From contig NC_091937.1 of the NCBI RefSeq assembly GCF_041260155.1, forward strand, positions 6,704,626 to 6,768,625: a stretch of DNA of 64,000 nt, given 5' to 3'. This DNA is from Ptychodera flava (lineage: Eukaryota). The position numbers and the translations under genes were made by a program. The notes below the pieces were generated by a model. That model was given only the letters and a program-made list of their open reading frames with translations. It ran no database searches and had not been told where the DNA came from. Each line of letters begins with the position of its first letter. The first letter of the stretch is position 1. Below are positions 49,190-64,000 of the stretch, one piece after another.

Positions 49190-49470
49190 TGAATTGAAAA
49201 AGATGTACAGTTTTATGTGCAAATGTACAACAGTTTTATCCCATGAAGGTAGAATGCGCCTCGGGGACAAATATTTGGACTCTCAAACTTTTACAATTCT
49301 TTTCAGGGCTACCACTTCCCAGGCTCATTTTAAAGCACTTGGCGTAAGGAACATTTTTTTCAGTCATAGTTTTTTGAAAATTGAAAATTTTATTTTTCTC
49401 CATAGAGTTAACACAGGGATGCCGGCCATTTTGAATTTAAGTACTTGTAACTTGGGTAGTTTGTTTGTTT
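49190..49470 (+). repeat. Family D interspersed repeat copy, opposite orientation to 8638-8960
   Basis: ttttctccatagagttaacacagggatgccggccattttgaatttaag matches the reverse complement of 9490-9545. Confidence 0.6.
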
Positions 49471-50699
49471 CTGCAGTCACAAACTTTACACGGTGATCAT
49501 TAATTTTTATTCTTGCTTTTGAAGGAGAATGTTTGACTGATTCCTTGAGGAAAATTTGAGCAAAAGTTTAAGTCTTTCACTTTCGAGGCATGAACTTACC
49601 TTAATTCTGTAATACATGTATTGCCATCAATTGCACAGGAAAGTATTTGCAGTGTATATTGTCTATGAAAGTTAAGGTGGATGTCACGGATAAAGTTGAC
49701 AAAGTACAACCATTTGTGTTTCATACATACATATGATGATGCTGCAATGTATTATGACTTTGAAACTTAGTTTGGAATGAAAAAATACTTGAAACAAAGA
49801 TAAGATTCTGAAAATTCATGAAATTTGCAGGTATTTTTCCTCTTAATCACATTTGAAGTCTAATGTGATGGAATCCATGGATACGTTTATAAAGTCAATG
49901 AAAATGTTTCCGGTGATTGAATTGAGTTTAATTTTCGATCCCTTTCATAGATTTCTCTGTTGTCGGAACTGTGCTCAAAGGTCGTAAATGGGACACATAT
50001 GACCAATGTAAATATTGTATCCAAGGTACTATGGTGAATGAGGAAAGTTAAAACATGTCTGTCATCATCTACATTGTGTAAATTTAAATGTTGCAGCTAG
50101 GATGATGAGGTGCATCTATGGATAAGCACAAAATACATCGTTCGTAAACAAGAAACTCGCACAGGCGCAGTTGCGAAGACTTGTTTGGTTTGTGGCATAT
50201 ATATGTATTGCGCCCTCACATGATGCATATGCTGAAAGTCATACCCAGGGCAAACTTTCCCAGCTGACATGGCATAGTTGTGTTCATGGCTTGGATTTTA
50301 GCGACAAGAAGAATCTTAATTGTAAATTTGTTGTTTCGAATTTTTTATAGGTATAATTGATTGATATATTGTGAACATCTTTGAAAACCAAAGGTTTATC
50401 AGATTTTTCCAAGTTTACAAATGATGAATGGGGCACTGACGAGCCGTATGGCTAGACTGAACATAAATTTTACAGAACCTTTACGACGGCAACCTTCTAT
50501 ATTTTCTGATCATCGTTCGAATAAAAGAAATAAATTTCCATAGGTGACGTCATAATTGTGTCAAACTGTTAGACTTTTTATTGAACTTCTAAAAGTGGTC
50601 TATTTATTTGATAGCAAATTCTTTAAGCAAAGTTTAAGTTCGTCTTTTGACATGGACACGTTGCTACATACAAAGTGTCGAGGCGAGGAATAACTTTAT

Positions 50700-51450
50700 T
50701 AAAAGAGCGCGAAGTCAGTTATTGCCATTCGTGTTTCCAGGAAATTGTAGCACGAGTATCTTATCAAATGTGGCAAGCGCACGTTTCGTAAAATGATAAA
50801 TATTAGCTTTACGTGTGGTCGTTTCATAGTCAGACATCCACGTTCTCGCAGCGTTTTTATAGGTTTTGTTTTTTTCCGGTGTTTATACAGCACGGTACTG
50901 AAAGCAGTGAAAGAACTTTCGTTCATTGCACTCTCTGAACTTTCGTTTCGGTCACAGTCCCTGGTGGATAGAGGGACTGTGTTTCGGTGTTCACCGCGAT
51001 AGTTCTGACGTCATCAGGTGTGCACAAAAGGAACTTTCAAAGTAGTTCGCTCCAATGGCCTTCAGGTCGCACCTGGCTTGGTACGCCCCATATTCATCCG
51101 CAAAATCAGACTGGCAGAAAATTATGATTATAAAATCTTTCTCAGAGAAATCAAAGTGTGCCATTGTATTTTACAGAAGAAACTGAGAACGTTTTGTAAG
51201 TTTATTACTTTAGCTAGTGGTGAAGAGGCGTATTTTGGTCCTACTTTGTTGTCGTGGAAGGATTCGAATTAAAGAAAAGACGTTATACGGTAATACCGGC
51301 AAGTGTCATCCGGTATACCGGTCCCTGCAACCTGCCATAGATTTACTGATAATTTGTCCCGTTTCCTTGGTTGTTGGCTGTGTGTAGGTAAGTACATTCG
51401 CTTTGGAATATTCCAGAACTACGAACAGCTATTTCGCGATCTGATGTGCC
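50700..51450. promoter_or_regulatory. CpG-rich region with a palindromic CRE-like TGACGTCA (51007-51014), a GTCCCT...AGGGAC hairpin (50956-50980) and a downstream GTAAGT donor (tgtag|GTAAGT ~51388). Possible promoter and first exon of a plus-strand gene.
   Basis: GC and CpG enrichment compared with flanks, and motifs read directly. No coding support. A possible 19-nt microexon at 52679-52697 (acag|GCACAGTTCCTTGCCACAG|gtaatt) is speculative. Confidence 0.2.
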
Positions 51451-54400
51451 CTAGAATTCTTTTCACCTAAAGTCAAACATATAAAGCCATCAATGAGATC
51501 GGTGAACGATTAGGCTGTAACCGGTACCGCACGAGTGTGTGGTTTTATCTGCCGTGTACCCCTCACTTCCTGGTTCGACTCGAAGTGATGTAACTCACAC
51601 GAAGTAACGCTTTACAGTTCAGGCGATCGCTGACCGTGAATACCAGCAGCAGGAAAACGGGACCTATCGCACCAATATTTGGAGCTTGACATCCAAGTAG
51701 AAGCCACCTCCACTCGCAGCCATATGATGGTCGAGGCAAATGGGTGGAGTCGTGCTTTAGGCCAGCACTGTTTGTAATGTATGAATAAGCCATAACACGA
51801 CAGTTAACGGTACACAATATAATACGAGTCGTATTTACTGTAACTATAATATCTTTTAACGTCCACTTGATTGTCCCTACATTTTATTTTTTGAGAAAAA
51901 GGACTATGCACATACAGTTGGTAAGACTACACTTGTAATCTGGTAGACAAACATTGCAAACCGGTATCAAAACAATTATATCCTTGCTATGGCTGCAGGA
52001 TCTCCTATATGTCTATGATAATTTAACAGATTTTTTGTGATTAAACAGTCTTATTTGGCAAAATTTTCATAAATTGTACCTGCTTCATTTGGTTTGTTGC
52101 AAAGGTCATTTGAGCCCATGCCTCTTATTTTGTACAAATTTGTGACACACCAGCACAAAAAAGCAAAGGTCGTTGAATTCTGACATAGATAAATGAATAA
52201 GTACACAGTCTGGTATCAAAACGTGTCCAGTACCGCCAACTCCCCCTTTAGCAGGCTTGTCCCAGCTGGCTCCTATTTACCTCTACACTGAACAAACAGT
52301 CAACACTCCAAAAGTTCACATTATATTTGCAACATGTTAATATTTATGCAGAGAAATCGTAAGAGAGATTTTGAAAATTAGGTTTTTCACAATGAAAAAA
52401 GTACGCGTTTCATAAAAATGCTAGTACCAGTTATTAAATTTATTATGAAATATAATTAATCTGTGGCAATGTATTAGATATGCTAGAGATCTTTTTGTCT
52501 TCTAATATTTGATAAAACATGGTAAAGCAATGAATAATCATATGAACTTCTGATACCACCGCACTCGTAAGTTCTTTCAAGCCAACATTTTCATAAATAT
52601 AATATTCATAATTTTTTCTGAAAATTGATATATAAATGTATTTCGAAAAGCATTTAAATATGTTGTGTTCATTGTACAGGCACAGTTCCTTGCCACAGGT
52701 AATTTTTTACATAATTTTTTGCATGTTTTAATTATTCACAAGGGCATGATGTCTCTCCTTAACTGAGCTATTGCAAAGTAATATCTATGTAACTTACCTT
52801 TGAGATTCAAATCCCAATTTGATTCAGTCTATGTTATCACAGCCAGTCATCAAGAAATCATAAACCTTCCCATGTAATTAATGACTAAGTATTGTCAATG
52901 GAATTTGAATTTACTGTCAGGATTTATTTGAATGCAGAGAAGGCAAATTACCATTTTAATTATCAAATCACTGTTTAAGCCCAGCCACGCTCTTCTATTG
53001 TTATACTAAACTGCTTTTGTATTTTATGAACTATGTTATAAAAGTCAACGGTAATTCTTTCTGGTCTAAGTCAATTAAACTGACTCACAGCAATATCAGT
53101 GGTTTCTTAGCTGACATTATTACCGCAGTGAAATTTTGACTGATGCATACTCCAAACATATATGAAAATTTCCATTCAATCCCTCAATTTATCGCCCTAT
53201 AGCAAATTCAAAAAATTGATTTCAGTGACTATATAAAAATAAAATCTAAAACAACACTGCTGGTTATTATTTCAGAAAATATACTGTAGATATATATATT
53301 TAGTTCATGGAATCTGTGAAAGGCTGTATGTCACAGTTTGTATTTTTTTTAAACTGCATATGCTTCCATCATATGCAGTCATTGAATATCAATTATTTAT
53401 GTATAAGAAAGTAATGAACTAGCTGTCATGAGTTGAAATTAGATAAACAGCTGTAAGCTTTGAATAGAGTTTGCCATTATTTGCTGTTTCAAATTTTTAT
53501 TTTGAGTTATTGAAATTTAGAAAAATAGTGCTAGACTTAATTGTGCATAATGTTTACAATTCAGAACAGCCAAATTTTCAATTTATTATCGCCATAATCA
53601 TTATTTGTAATTTTTTTGGCGTCCAAGATATTGACTAGTTTTATTTTGCAATTCTAAATTTCATCAAAAAAGCTCCATGCTTCTACATGTATGAACACAC
53701 AGCAGAATACGTAAAAGTGTAATTTTAAGTGAAGGCTTATTATAAAATGGCTGCAGTAGTCATGGTGACCAAATGTCTGTATTTCCAAAATTAATAGCAT
53801 ATTATTTCTGACGTTTTTGAATAATTTAAAATTTTCATTGTTTTATAAAGCAATCATTGAAGGAAAACCACAAGATTTTTGGGGGTGAATTTGACTTATG
53901 CATTTACAGGTACTTGACATTTACAAGTTGAAGTTCCATGAATAAGATGACGCTAACTTGCATAAGTTTGGCTTCTCATTGAATGACTACTTCAGGTTTA
54001 GAATTTCAATTTCAGTTCATTGGCTCTCAGGGTGTTAAATGAAGTTGTGAGATATGCACTCCGTGAATGTTGTGTGAATTACCCACAGTGGATATACATG
54101 TATGCAAGACAACCAATACAGCATTGTCGGCCATTGTAGTTTATCATGTTGGTAATGTTAACTATGCCAAACAGTAGCCAACATTTTATCAAAGAGGGTT
54201 TCTTGTTGTCTACGCATCTTGAAGCATGCGTAGACAACAAGACTGCCTGTAATAATATACTTACAGTAACCAGAGTACGGAATCGCTGCCAAGCTGGCTT
54301 GCTATGTTGAATGAACAAGTCAGCATGACATTAGTGCATACTGCAAGATGTGAAATGTCATGATCTGTGGCCTTTGCTGTGTACAGCTTTCATTTATAGT

Positions 54401-55789
54401 TTATTATCCAAGTGTCTGGTATTTGCATGGGCACGATGAGATGTTTCCATGTAGCGGAACTAATATCAAGTCGTAAATGGAGGGATGTTGATCTGGTCAC
54501 ACTTTCTGGCTGACATTATTGCCATTACGAAGTGTGCAAGTCCTCATTGAGAACATTGAGTGTAAACTTATAATGCCACCAACACAAATCATTGTAAACC
54601 ATCTTGTGAGTCAAAATTGCATGAAGTACCATGTTGAGGAGGTTTATGTTTAAGTTGTAAAAGGCAAGGAGCTGGAGAGTAATAAATTTTAAAGTGGTCA
54701 CTGTGTAATATATCTTCAGCTATAAATTGGCAAAGTTTAGCTGGGTAACAATAATAGTTATGTAAAACTATTATGAGGTTTGAGGTATAAATGTCACTCA
54801 AAAGCATATTTTTCTGTTTGTTGCTCGGCATAGTTGGTTCAAGTCATTTCAGTCCTAAGTAAAAAACTTCTTGACCTGACGACATGTATGGCTATCTCCT
54901 TGGTGCTTGATGCAGATTACAAATGTTGTCACCATGGTGTCTACCATTAATGGAAGCAACAATTTCCAAAGCTGTGCATCTTACAATCTTGTGGAAACCA
55001 GATACTATGCGACATGAATACTTGTGGCTGGATGGTTATAAATCTATTGTGAAAGCTGAATGTAAGTCTTAGGTTGACAGATTTCCAGCATGGCTCTAAG
55101 GTAAATTACACATCATTTCAGTGATTGAGATGCTGCCGATGATTACCTGAAATCTGATATACCCAAGGCTTCATCAATATTGCCTACAAATTGTATTTGC
55201 TTGGAAAACTAGTGTGTAATTGTGCGGTAATCATGTGCCTTGATAAAACAATAGCAGGTGGTTTGTTGAATTCATCTGGATAGTGTATTGTGCTTCAGGT
55301 GATTTCAGCTGGTTTACTATTTTCCCAGATCTATACACTGCATACATGAAGTGGTAACACGATCATGTAAAGACTGCTGGTGAAGGAATACTTGAACAAT
55401 TCCTTGCTATGGGGTGTCAGATAATCTCAGTACACCCATACTACAACAGAGTTTTCCTTTTGCTGTCTGTACTAGAAAGCTTCAATCTACCTGATTTGCA
55501 ATTTTCAGATAAATTGTTAAAACTTTGCAAAGTACACTACTTCATGTGACAGAAATAATGAGCTCTCAGTGATGAAAACAAGAACAATACCTAACCCATA
55601 GCAAGGTGAAATTTTAGACAATAGAGCTAAATTTGGCTGACCTTGAATGTGACCTTGATCATTGTTCTGGTTACAAAGGTTTATGTCCTCACAGCATGCA
55701 CAAATATGCAAAACATACACATGGTGTGTGTATTTGTGTATATATATAATGCAAAACATAGTGTTTGTGTGTGTGAGTCTCTGTGTCTG

Positions 55790-56068
<279 letters not shown>

Positions 56069-59000
56069 TATATATGTAGAGACAGAGAGATGGGTAAATA
56101 GAGAGTGTTATGTAGGGTAAGAATAGCCAATACGCATATGTGGACAGAACAAAGAAAAAGGTATTTCATGTCAGAATGATTCATACATAGGGATCTATTT
56201 TGCTCATATTGTTCATGGATGAATGCATCCCTGTACACCTCTAGTCAATCCCTGTGAGATATGAACTTCAGTGCGTTGAAAAGTGAAATTAATGGAACCC
56301 AAGACAAACAGAATGTCACCACCGATTACCTCTCAATTTATCATCACTGTGTAACCCAGTCAACCGCTGCTTACACTCTCAGTCTTCTGCTAACAACTGA
56401 TATTTCATAACTGTGTACTTAGCTGTGTCACTCTCAGCTCTAATGTATTGATATCAATGCTGTGTGGATTCAACGATTTCCTAACTAATGATTTATATCA
56501 GTTTCTCATTACTCTCCGTTCTTTTCTTACAATTTGAAACCCTGAAGAAAGTTTATTATCAATATCATTCTTTAGTTTTACCAAAGTAATATTTAAGTAT
56601 TATAAAGTGATCAGTCATATAATATGAGTTTGTATATAGTTACAATCTGTTGGCTATTTCAGATTTAATCATTTAATACATGTTGTTATGACCATAAACA
56701 ACCAGGGTTAGTAAGGTTGGGCCACAGACAGGATACCCACAGATGGTACCATTTAAGCTTGGAATGTAATAAAGATATTGCTTATACCCATACACTTATA
56801 CAATAATTTCCTTTATAATCTTATTCTGGGTAGTACATCCATCAAAACAAACAAAATGTGACATTTTCATTTACAAATTTTTATTGTCATGTGGAGGCTT
56901 ATACAGACTCCACATAAATGTAAACTTAAAATTCAAGCAATGTTTAGTGTATACCTAATTACACCTTGATATTTTGGGTTGATATAAAATGAAGTTTTCC
57001 AAGTACCAGGCTGTAAAGTAATGTTGATTGTTATCAAGGAAATTTTCATTTAACTGACACAAATTCCTGTGTTGTAAGGGCTGTGTTTGTTTTCATATGA
57101 GATTAATCTGACAGAACTGTGACAATCCTGTAGTATGTACATTGCATGGAATTTGAGGTGTAGACAACTAGTGTACACTCAGTACGAACACATATGACTG
57201 AGGATCTCACTCCAGGGTCTATGGTTGTATGCACATAAAATGCAGCTTTTCTCCTTTTGTTGTGCAAATTGCCAAGTGTAATCTTATCAAAGACTCAACC
57301 AATATTACATAACAGTTATTAAGCCATACATGTAGGTAGACTGTACAGCTACTGAACACGTCATTCATACTCAAATGATCTGTTCTATGGCATGTCATAC
57401 TTTATCAATATGCAAACAACCTAGACTGCTTAACCCAAATTGTCATGGTAACCTTCCCATAGCATGCAAAGGGACAAAACTGTTTTGAACTTGGAAGTAT
57501 CATTTGATTCGATAATACTGTACAGTTTATGCCATCATTTACTCCTGTGGAAAATTCATTATTCACTGAGTTGTTTTTTCTTTGTTCAAAGTGTCAGACA
57601 TTCAGACATATATAGTAGATCATTGCTTTTACCATAGAGCCTAATGTACAGGCTGGTGTACATATCGGTGTTCCAGGTGGCACAAGGCTGTTGTTGTAAG
57701 AAGCCTTGCTAGGCACATGCAGAACGGCCTACCACACAGAGATATACTAATTATATTATAGCCTTCATTGTCTATTGATTGTGGCTGGTAAAAGCATATA
57801 TGCATGAGTCACTCAGTACTGCACAGTGCTTCTCTTGTACTTGCATGTGTACTCTGAATGCTGTGTCATGGAAGTGCTGTTCCACAGATGAACCATCCTA
57901 CATAATGACATAATGTCTGCAACATCTGGAACAAAATAAAGTGCAAACACAGTCTGCCGACAATCATGTGGTGCTCTGCAATCGGCAGATCGTCCATGTA
58001 GCCGACACGAACACGAAGTGTCTGTGACCGGCTACCAGAAACTATGAAAAATAGTAAGAAATGAACTACAAAATCACTGTCAGTTTTAAGTTGCAGGTAG
58101 AATAAGTCTGTGCCTTTGTACAAAATACTATAAAAATAGTAGAAAGTGAGCAACCAGCTGAAAGTTAGTCGAGGAGACCTTAACCGCATATCATTTGCAT
58201 CTCATTGTCGGCTACATGGACTGTGTGCTGTGAAAACTCCCATGTACAGCAGTGGCATTGTTGTAGTTTTATTCAAACATCTGTAATAGATCTCATTGTC
58301 TAATGGATGTCTAATCAATTTAAAACTGTCTCAGTGATCATCCCCTGAAGGTTGCATGATTTATTGTCTCATTAGCATGAACCATCTAATTCTCTCTATC
58401 AGATCAGTTATATGGATGGGGTCAAAGTTCAAACACCATGCCGGACACTAATCTTTAGGCTGGAGGCAGCCATGTTCTGTAATTTCATCATTAAAATGCT
58501 GAATTATAGATTTTTCATCAGTTTTTAAAAGTATACTCTAATAATGTGGGCAGTAAGCATAGTAGGGGTAATTAATTTTTAAGATATTGTGTAAAATAAG
58601 TATTATAGTAAGCTGTACACCTTGTTAATAATTTACTATATACCCAATATGATTAAGTATAAAAAAACTGAAGCAGTGGCCACGTACCACACTGTTGATA
58701 TGTAATCTGGGAATCCATTATAAGCGTTCTCCTTCAGGCTTAGTCATGCTGACGGTCTGTTCAGAAAACTCAATTACTGGCATGGCAGTATTGGACCCTG
58801 AAATCGGCAGATAAAAAAACCGTTGCAGCTGTGTACAGTCTTCATGGATTCTTATTTGAAAAGAGATGGGAGTGTCACATTCTCTGTGGTCTGACAACAC
58901 AGCCTGTATATTACATGCGCATTGCAGGCTACATTCTTACATCTACAAACAATATCATTATTCCTTGCACACTTTACAATACTCTAAGGTAGACATGCAG

Positions 59001-62000
59001 TTTATTCAGTGTTGCCATTGATAGGGCAGACGTTGCTATTCAGATCTATTGGATAAACAGCTGCAAAGTCCTTGTATTTTCTCCAAAGCTTTTGATTAGA
59101 TGCTTTGTAGTCCAGTGGTATTGAACTACATGTGTACATACAGAACATAAGTACATTTCATTTCTACTGTAGTTCCAATGTTAGTGGTGGTGATGTGATG
59201 CGATATCTTACTATAATTATTGCTTTCAATTCAACTACACTTGAACTTGTTGAATGTTGCTAAGGCAACAATAACTCACAACTTGGATCGTCAAGTTTCA
59301 AAACTCCACTCTCTTGAGATCACTTTCTGATTGCTCATATATGTAAGTACATCCTCTTACATAACTTTGATAAAGGTTAGATGATAATGCAAATTTGTCC
59401 AAATCAGAAATCTCTGTCCTAATTCAACATTTAAAATTAATCTCCAGCTTCTGTAGGTCAAATTTTAATCAGAAGTCAGTTTTCTCAAATTCTGCCGATG
59501 AGCTCTCCTAAAACATTGAAAACTGAAGTCCAAAATGAGACAGACGATATTTTTTGTGTAGATAGCTGTGATATTGCCATTTCAATTTAGTAAAACATAC
59601 ATATTTCAGATTGCAGAGTGAGTGATGAAGAGATGACATATCAAATGAAATGGAACAATGTATGATTATTTTCACAACAAATCCATCAAGTATAGACTTA
59701 GGTCTGACCCAGTAGTTATAAACCATAACACCCATGGGAAGAGTATTCATATTTGCACTGTACACTGTAACACTGAAAGGAAGTGATCTTAGTGTATAAG
59801 GTTGAATTCATTTCATGACATTCTCACCAGCCAGTGCTTTTCCTGCTCCACAAACCTAGGCAAAATTATCGTCATGGTAACACCATAGCTGTTGCCATAA
59901 TAGAGGCCTGTGGTTTCCTGCAATGGTTCGTGAGAGAATAAGATGTACTGTAAAGAAACATGTGACCGAAGATGTCATTTGTCATTGTCAAGTTGTATGG
60001 CAGCCTAGATTGAAAGTCTCCCATCATGCAAAAGATAGATGTTTTACATGGGAATGAATATCTTAAACTTTGTATTTTAAACTACAAGCTTGAATGAAGC
60101 CCCATTGCGTAGATCGGAGTTTTTGATTTATTGTCAGGTCAAAAGCGTTAGCACTTCCACAGTAAATTGACTCTCTATTGAGAATTGTCAGACCATCTTT
60201 CTTTTTGATTAACTGTCCTGAAAAACCCACCTAATAAAGACATCAATCATCAAATACCATTATCACACTTTTCAAAACAAAGTATCGTATTAGTTTAGGA
60301 ACTCTCAAATACCCATTCTATTTATTATGATGAATTTTATATATTTTCAGTTCAGAATGGTTGATGAGTAATTTGCAGATAAACGTGCTGAGAAACTTAC
60401 TTTATGAATTTAGATTCCTTCCATTAGAGATGGTGAATGAAGCCATAAAGCTTTCATAGTTCATGAATTATGCATGTACGGTACATGCGCTGATAAGACA
60501 CACTGACTGATGCATGCTATTGATAGGCAGTTTTGATTTTGATGACACTGACTGTCTTGTATCTATTTCACACACCATCAGCCCCGGACTCAAACGAGTG
60601 AAAAGCTTAGTGAGAAAATATGACAAACAAAACTGTCAGTGAATTCCAGTTGATCCTATTTGCTGCCGATCAAGAAGTCGTTGATAACAGTGACAGATGT
60701 GATATGCGTTTCTAATAGGATTTGATAGGCCTTGTCCCACAGGACTGAAGTTGTGCTGCGTTTTATCGGTTCTCCAGCTTTCATGTTTGACTGTACGGTC
60801 AATCTAGCGAGTCTTAAAATCAACATCATTCTGTCTTTGTCAAAATCTACCTTTCCAATTTCCAGTTCACTTCAAATACACACTCAAAAAAGTCCTTGTA
60901 ATTTACGATGATGATCATGATGGTTGGTGTACATATAAACTGATCCAGTCGTTTTACTTTTTAGAATATTTTACCAACCCAGCAATCAAAATGATAAAGT
61001 AGTATGGCTGTGACATATAAATGTATACTCATCAACTTGTCAACTCATTGTTCCGAATAACTACTATTGCACACAACCCAACAAACTCTATCTTCATAAA
61101 GAACAAAAGTTAATGTCAGTTTTCATATAGTGTGGAAGAAAGCCACAACTGTTACAGCATACCAGTCAGTATAGATAATAATAAATTTAAAAAAAACTAA
61201 ATGATGAGGTTGCCATGTAATTCATTAACAATTCTAAAAATGCCAAAAATGTCTAGTATGACTCCCTTCCAAATAATTGCTGGTATTATACTTGTATACC
61301 TAACAATAAATCATACAAAATTTTGAAATCTCACCATATCTAGTGTAATGGAGATTATTATTCATGTTTAAGGTGTAACCTTATTGCTAGCAATTTTCTG
61401 TAAAGCTATTCTGAATTCCTGCTGTTGCCATGGTAACAACTATCGTCGTCTTCTGTTCAGAATGTTCTGATTGTGTAACCATAAAGCAAAGCACTGCTGA
61501 GAGTGAATGTGTCCTGAAGTTTTGTTTATTATTTCACAGTAAGTACATGTATGTAAGTTCATCATACAGATCTGTGTGTGTATGTTTTGTTTTGATTGGC
61601 GTTCAGTGACAGGTAGAAATTTCCATATGAATGTTTACATCCTGTGTTCTGAAGGAGAACTGTACGTGTACAGTATGCATTGTGATAATTCAATATCAGT
61701 GCAGGGTGTTCCACTATATCACAGTCTACAACATTCTAATGACTTCTACATGTAATGATTAATAGTTGGTGTTAATTAATAATATGGATGATTTTCAAAA
61801 CAGAGACGATTAAACCCACTACTGTAGAAAGTTGATCAAAAAGTGGCCTTACTTTTGGCCTCAAAAGACCACAGTTTACAATAAGTATTTGTTCTAAATG
61901 ATCGTTCAATGACATAGACTCAAGGCAAATGAGGGAAAACAAAAAGATTTGGCCTCACTGTTATGATGAATGTGTTCAGAAATATGACTTGTAATGATGT

Positions 62001-64000
62001 GAGATGAGCATTTTCATGCAATGATGCATAACAGTTGCCACGAAAAATGAATGAATCTAAGAAATACGATGAAAACAGGTCAGTGACAGTGTTGTAAGTT
62101 TGAGTATGTGTGAACTTATCAGTGAATGGCTAAAAATGAAAGTTAATGTAGATGCATGATTGAAATTCCAACATGTTTACTTTTACAGATGATAAGATCA
62201 TTCCTAACTGTCAATGTCAGTCTAATAATCTGACCATTATTTTCTTTAACATTGTTCTTGTGATGAGTCAATATGATCCCTCTTTAAAAGCATGTATTTC
62301 CTTTTGTGTGCCTGATTTTGTTACTTGATAACCCAACCATCTGTTACATTTGTCCTGATTCAAGCTTGTACCGGAAAATGCTCTGAAATAAGCTGCCAAG
62401 TTTGTAGCATGGAAATCTCATGTTTCATGGAAAGTTTCTGGTCAGATTGTAAGTCTCTCATCGGATTTGGTTTATGGCATGATACGAAGGGTCTCTTTTA
62501 CATCAGAGGTCAGCCGTTGATGATTAACTGCCACATCATATTGAACTTCACAGTTGATACCATGATAGATTGGAAATACAGCCCAGGGCTAACCCTGTAA
62601 TGCTAACGCCAGTGTTTCTGAGATGAATTGTAAATACAGATTGATTTTTCAGTTCACTTTGTCTGGATAATCCACATGTCATGTACATGCAACCCAGAAC
62701 AAGAAAATAGATTCAATATTAGACCAAGCGAACACAAATCTCTTTTGAGTCACCATGATTTCCTGTGTCCCCAGTGTCTTCCATCCCACTGGTTTCCATA
62801 GCAACTCATCCAGCAGTTTTATGTAAATGAAGCTTACATTGATGTTGGATTGGTACATCTTGGACTGCTGATGTTTCAGTCGATAGACCTTGTCAAATTT
62901 GCCGAAGACACTATATAGACTGTACAAGTGATGACTTGTTAATGAAAGCTGTCTTCGTTAAGTCAACATGGATGTCAGTCCAGATTGATTTGAAGATACT
63001 CCAAGATCTCTTTTCTTGCCGTCAGTTCCCTTCAAAATTTTGCTGAATGTAGGACACCTCAGTTTTGAATGGTTGATCACTTCTGTCTTGCATTGAATGC
63101 TTTATGAGGGAGGATTGTAAGAAGGTAAAGTTGGTATTTTTTATGTATGCACATGAAAACTGAATACCTGTTCTCAAATTACAAGAACATTGTGTGTGTT
63201 ATAGAGACACTAACTGTTTTAACATATAATAACTTTTAATAATTATTGTCATTATTTTGTACATAAAGGTATTTCCTCATCTTCTTTGGGTATTGAATGT
63301 GGAAATACAAAGTATTGGCCTTACAACACATTTTGTACAATCTATAATATTGTTGTAGTTGACAAATGGATTCTTGTCTTGACTAAAATTCTGTCATCAA
63401 CAATAACATTGGGTATCATGCATATACTGTCAATGTTGATAAGTTGAACAATATGGTATTTGATGGTAGGTTTGGAGTAGTACAATAATTTTTAGACAGA
63501 AAAATAGAAGAAAACACATCAATTAGTTTCTGCTAATGAAACTTTCACTCAATTGTTTCAGTTCTTAAAATCACAGTGACTGAATTTGGTTGAAAGTAAT
63601 TCTCAAGTATAGATGAACTGGAAGATCAAACTATATGTACATAAATTTGAACTAGCTGCATGCTTTTTAGAGTTTTCAGATTTTTGTTTCAATCATCAAG
63701 TTTATATTTTACTTAAAAGGCATCGTAACCTCAGTATATGTAGGGAAAGTTTAAATTATGGGTATCTGGAATCAGGGAATTGACAGACTTAGCTTAATTT
63801 GCTAAAAAAGGATGCATTCTGAAAAGACATGTTTTACAATATCTTCTGTACATTGTTTGATATCATGTATCAACTGTTCAATGCCAAGCAATAGTCCAAA
63901 TAAGAACAGGGATGTGGAAAAAAGCCGGCAACCAGCAAAATTAACCAGCTGTCAGCTAAAATTTGTCGGCTATGAAAATCGTTAGTTGTAAAAAAAATCA

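Overview
This 64-kb window reads as AT-rich eukaryotic nuclear DNA, most likely from an invertebrate metazoan, not a prokaryotic locus. The evidence is GT-AG introns with pyrimidine-rich acceptors, long (TA)n microsatellites, satellite arrays and MITE, LINE and SINE-like repeats; there are no operons and no CRISPR array. Two things dominate. (1) One large plus-strand gene runs from at least 2978 to its stop codon at 30968. I could chain about 11 exons in consistent splice phase. The predicted protein is almost entirely low-complexity: a tandemly duplicated acidic exon with a ribosomal P-stalk-like ...EE(M)GFGLFDD motif, a ~390-aa polyproline exon that looks like a formin FH1 or WASP-family region, ~14 near-identical 21-aa FG repeats, an acidic Trp-containing segment (DDWDDVDGDFW), and a ~120-aa C-terminal domain I cannot name. 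The FG exon contains an internal +1 frame break. (2) The intergenic and intronic space is full of repeats. The most unusual are ~3.5-kb (45209-48741) and ~1.9-kb (12289-14175) composite elements whose hairpin-plus-(GTCC)n termini enclose ~150-bp satellite arrays, and every monomer carries a GC-rich 19-bp palindrome. I also found two MITE families, a 1.7-kb TIR element with GC-rich cargo, foldback elements, long hairpins each followed by (TA)n, a 5'-truncated CR1/L2-like LINE tail, and a ~1.2-kb tandem segmental duplication that created the duplicated exon. All calls come from reading the sequence; no database searches were possible.
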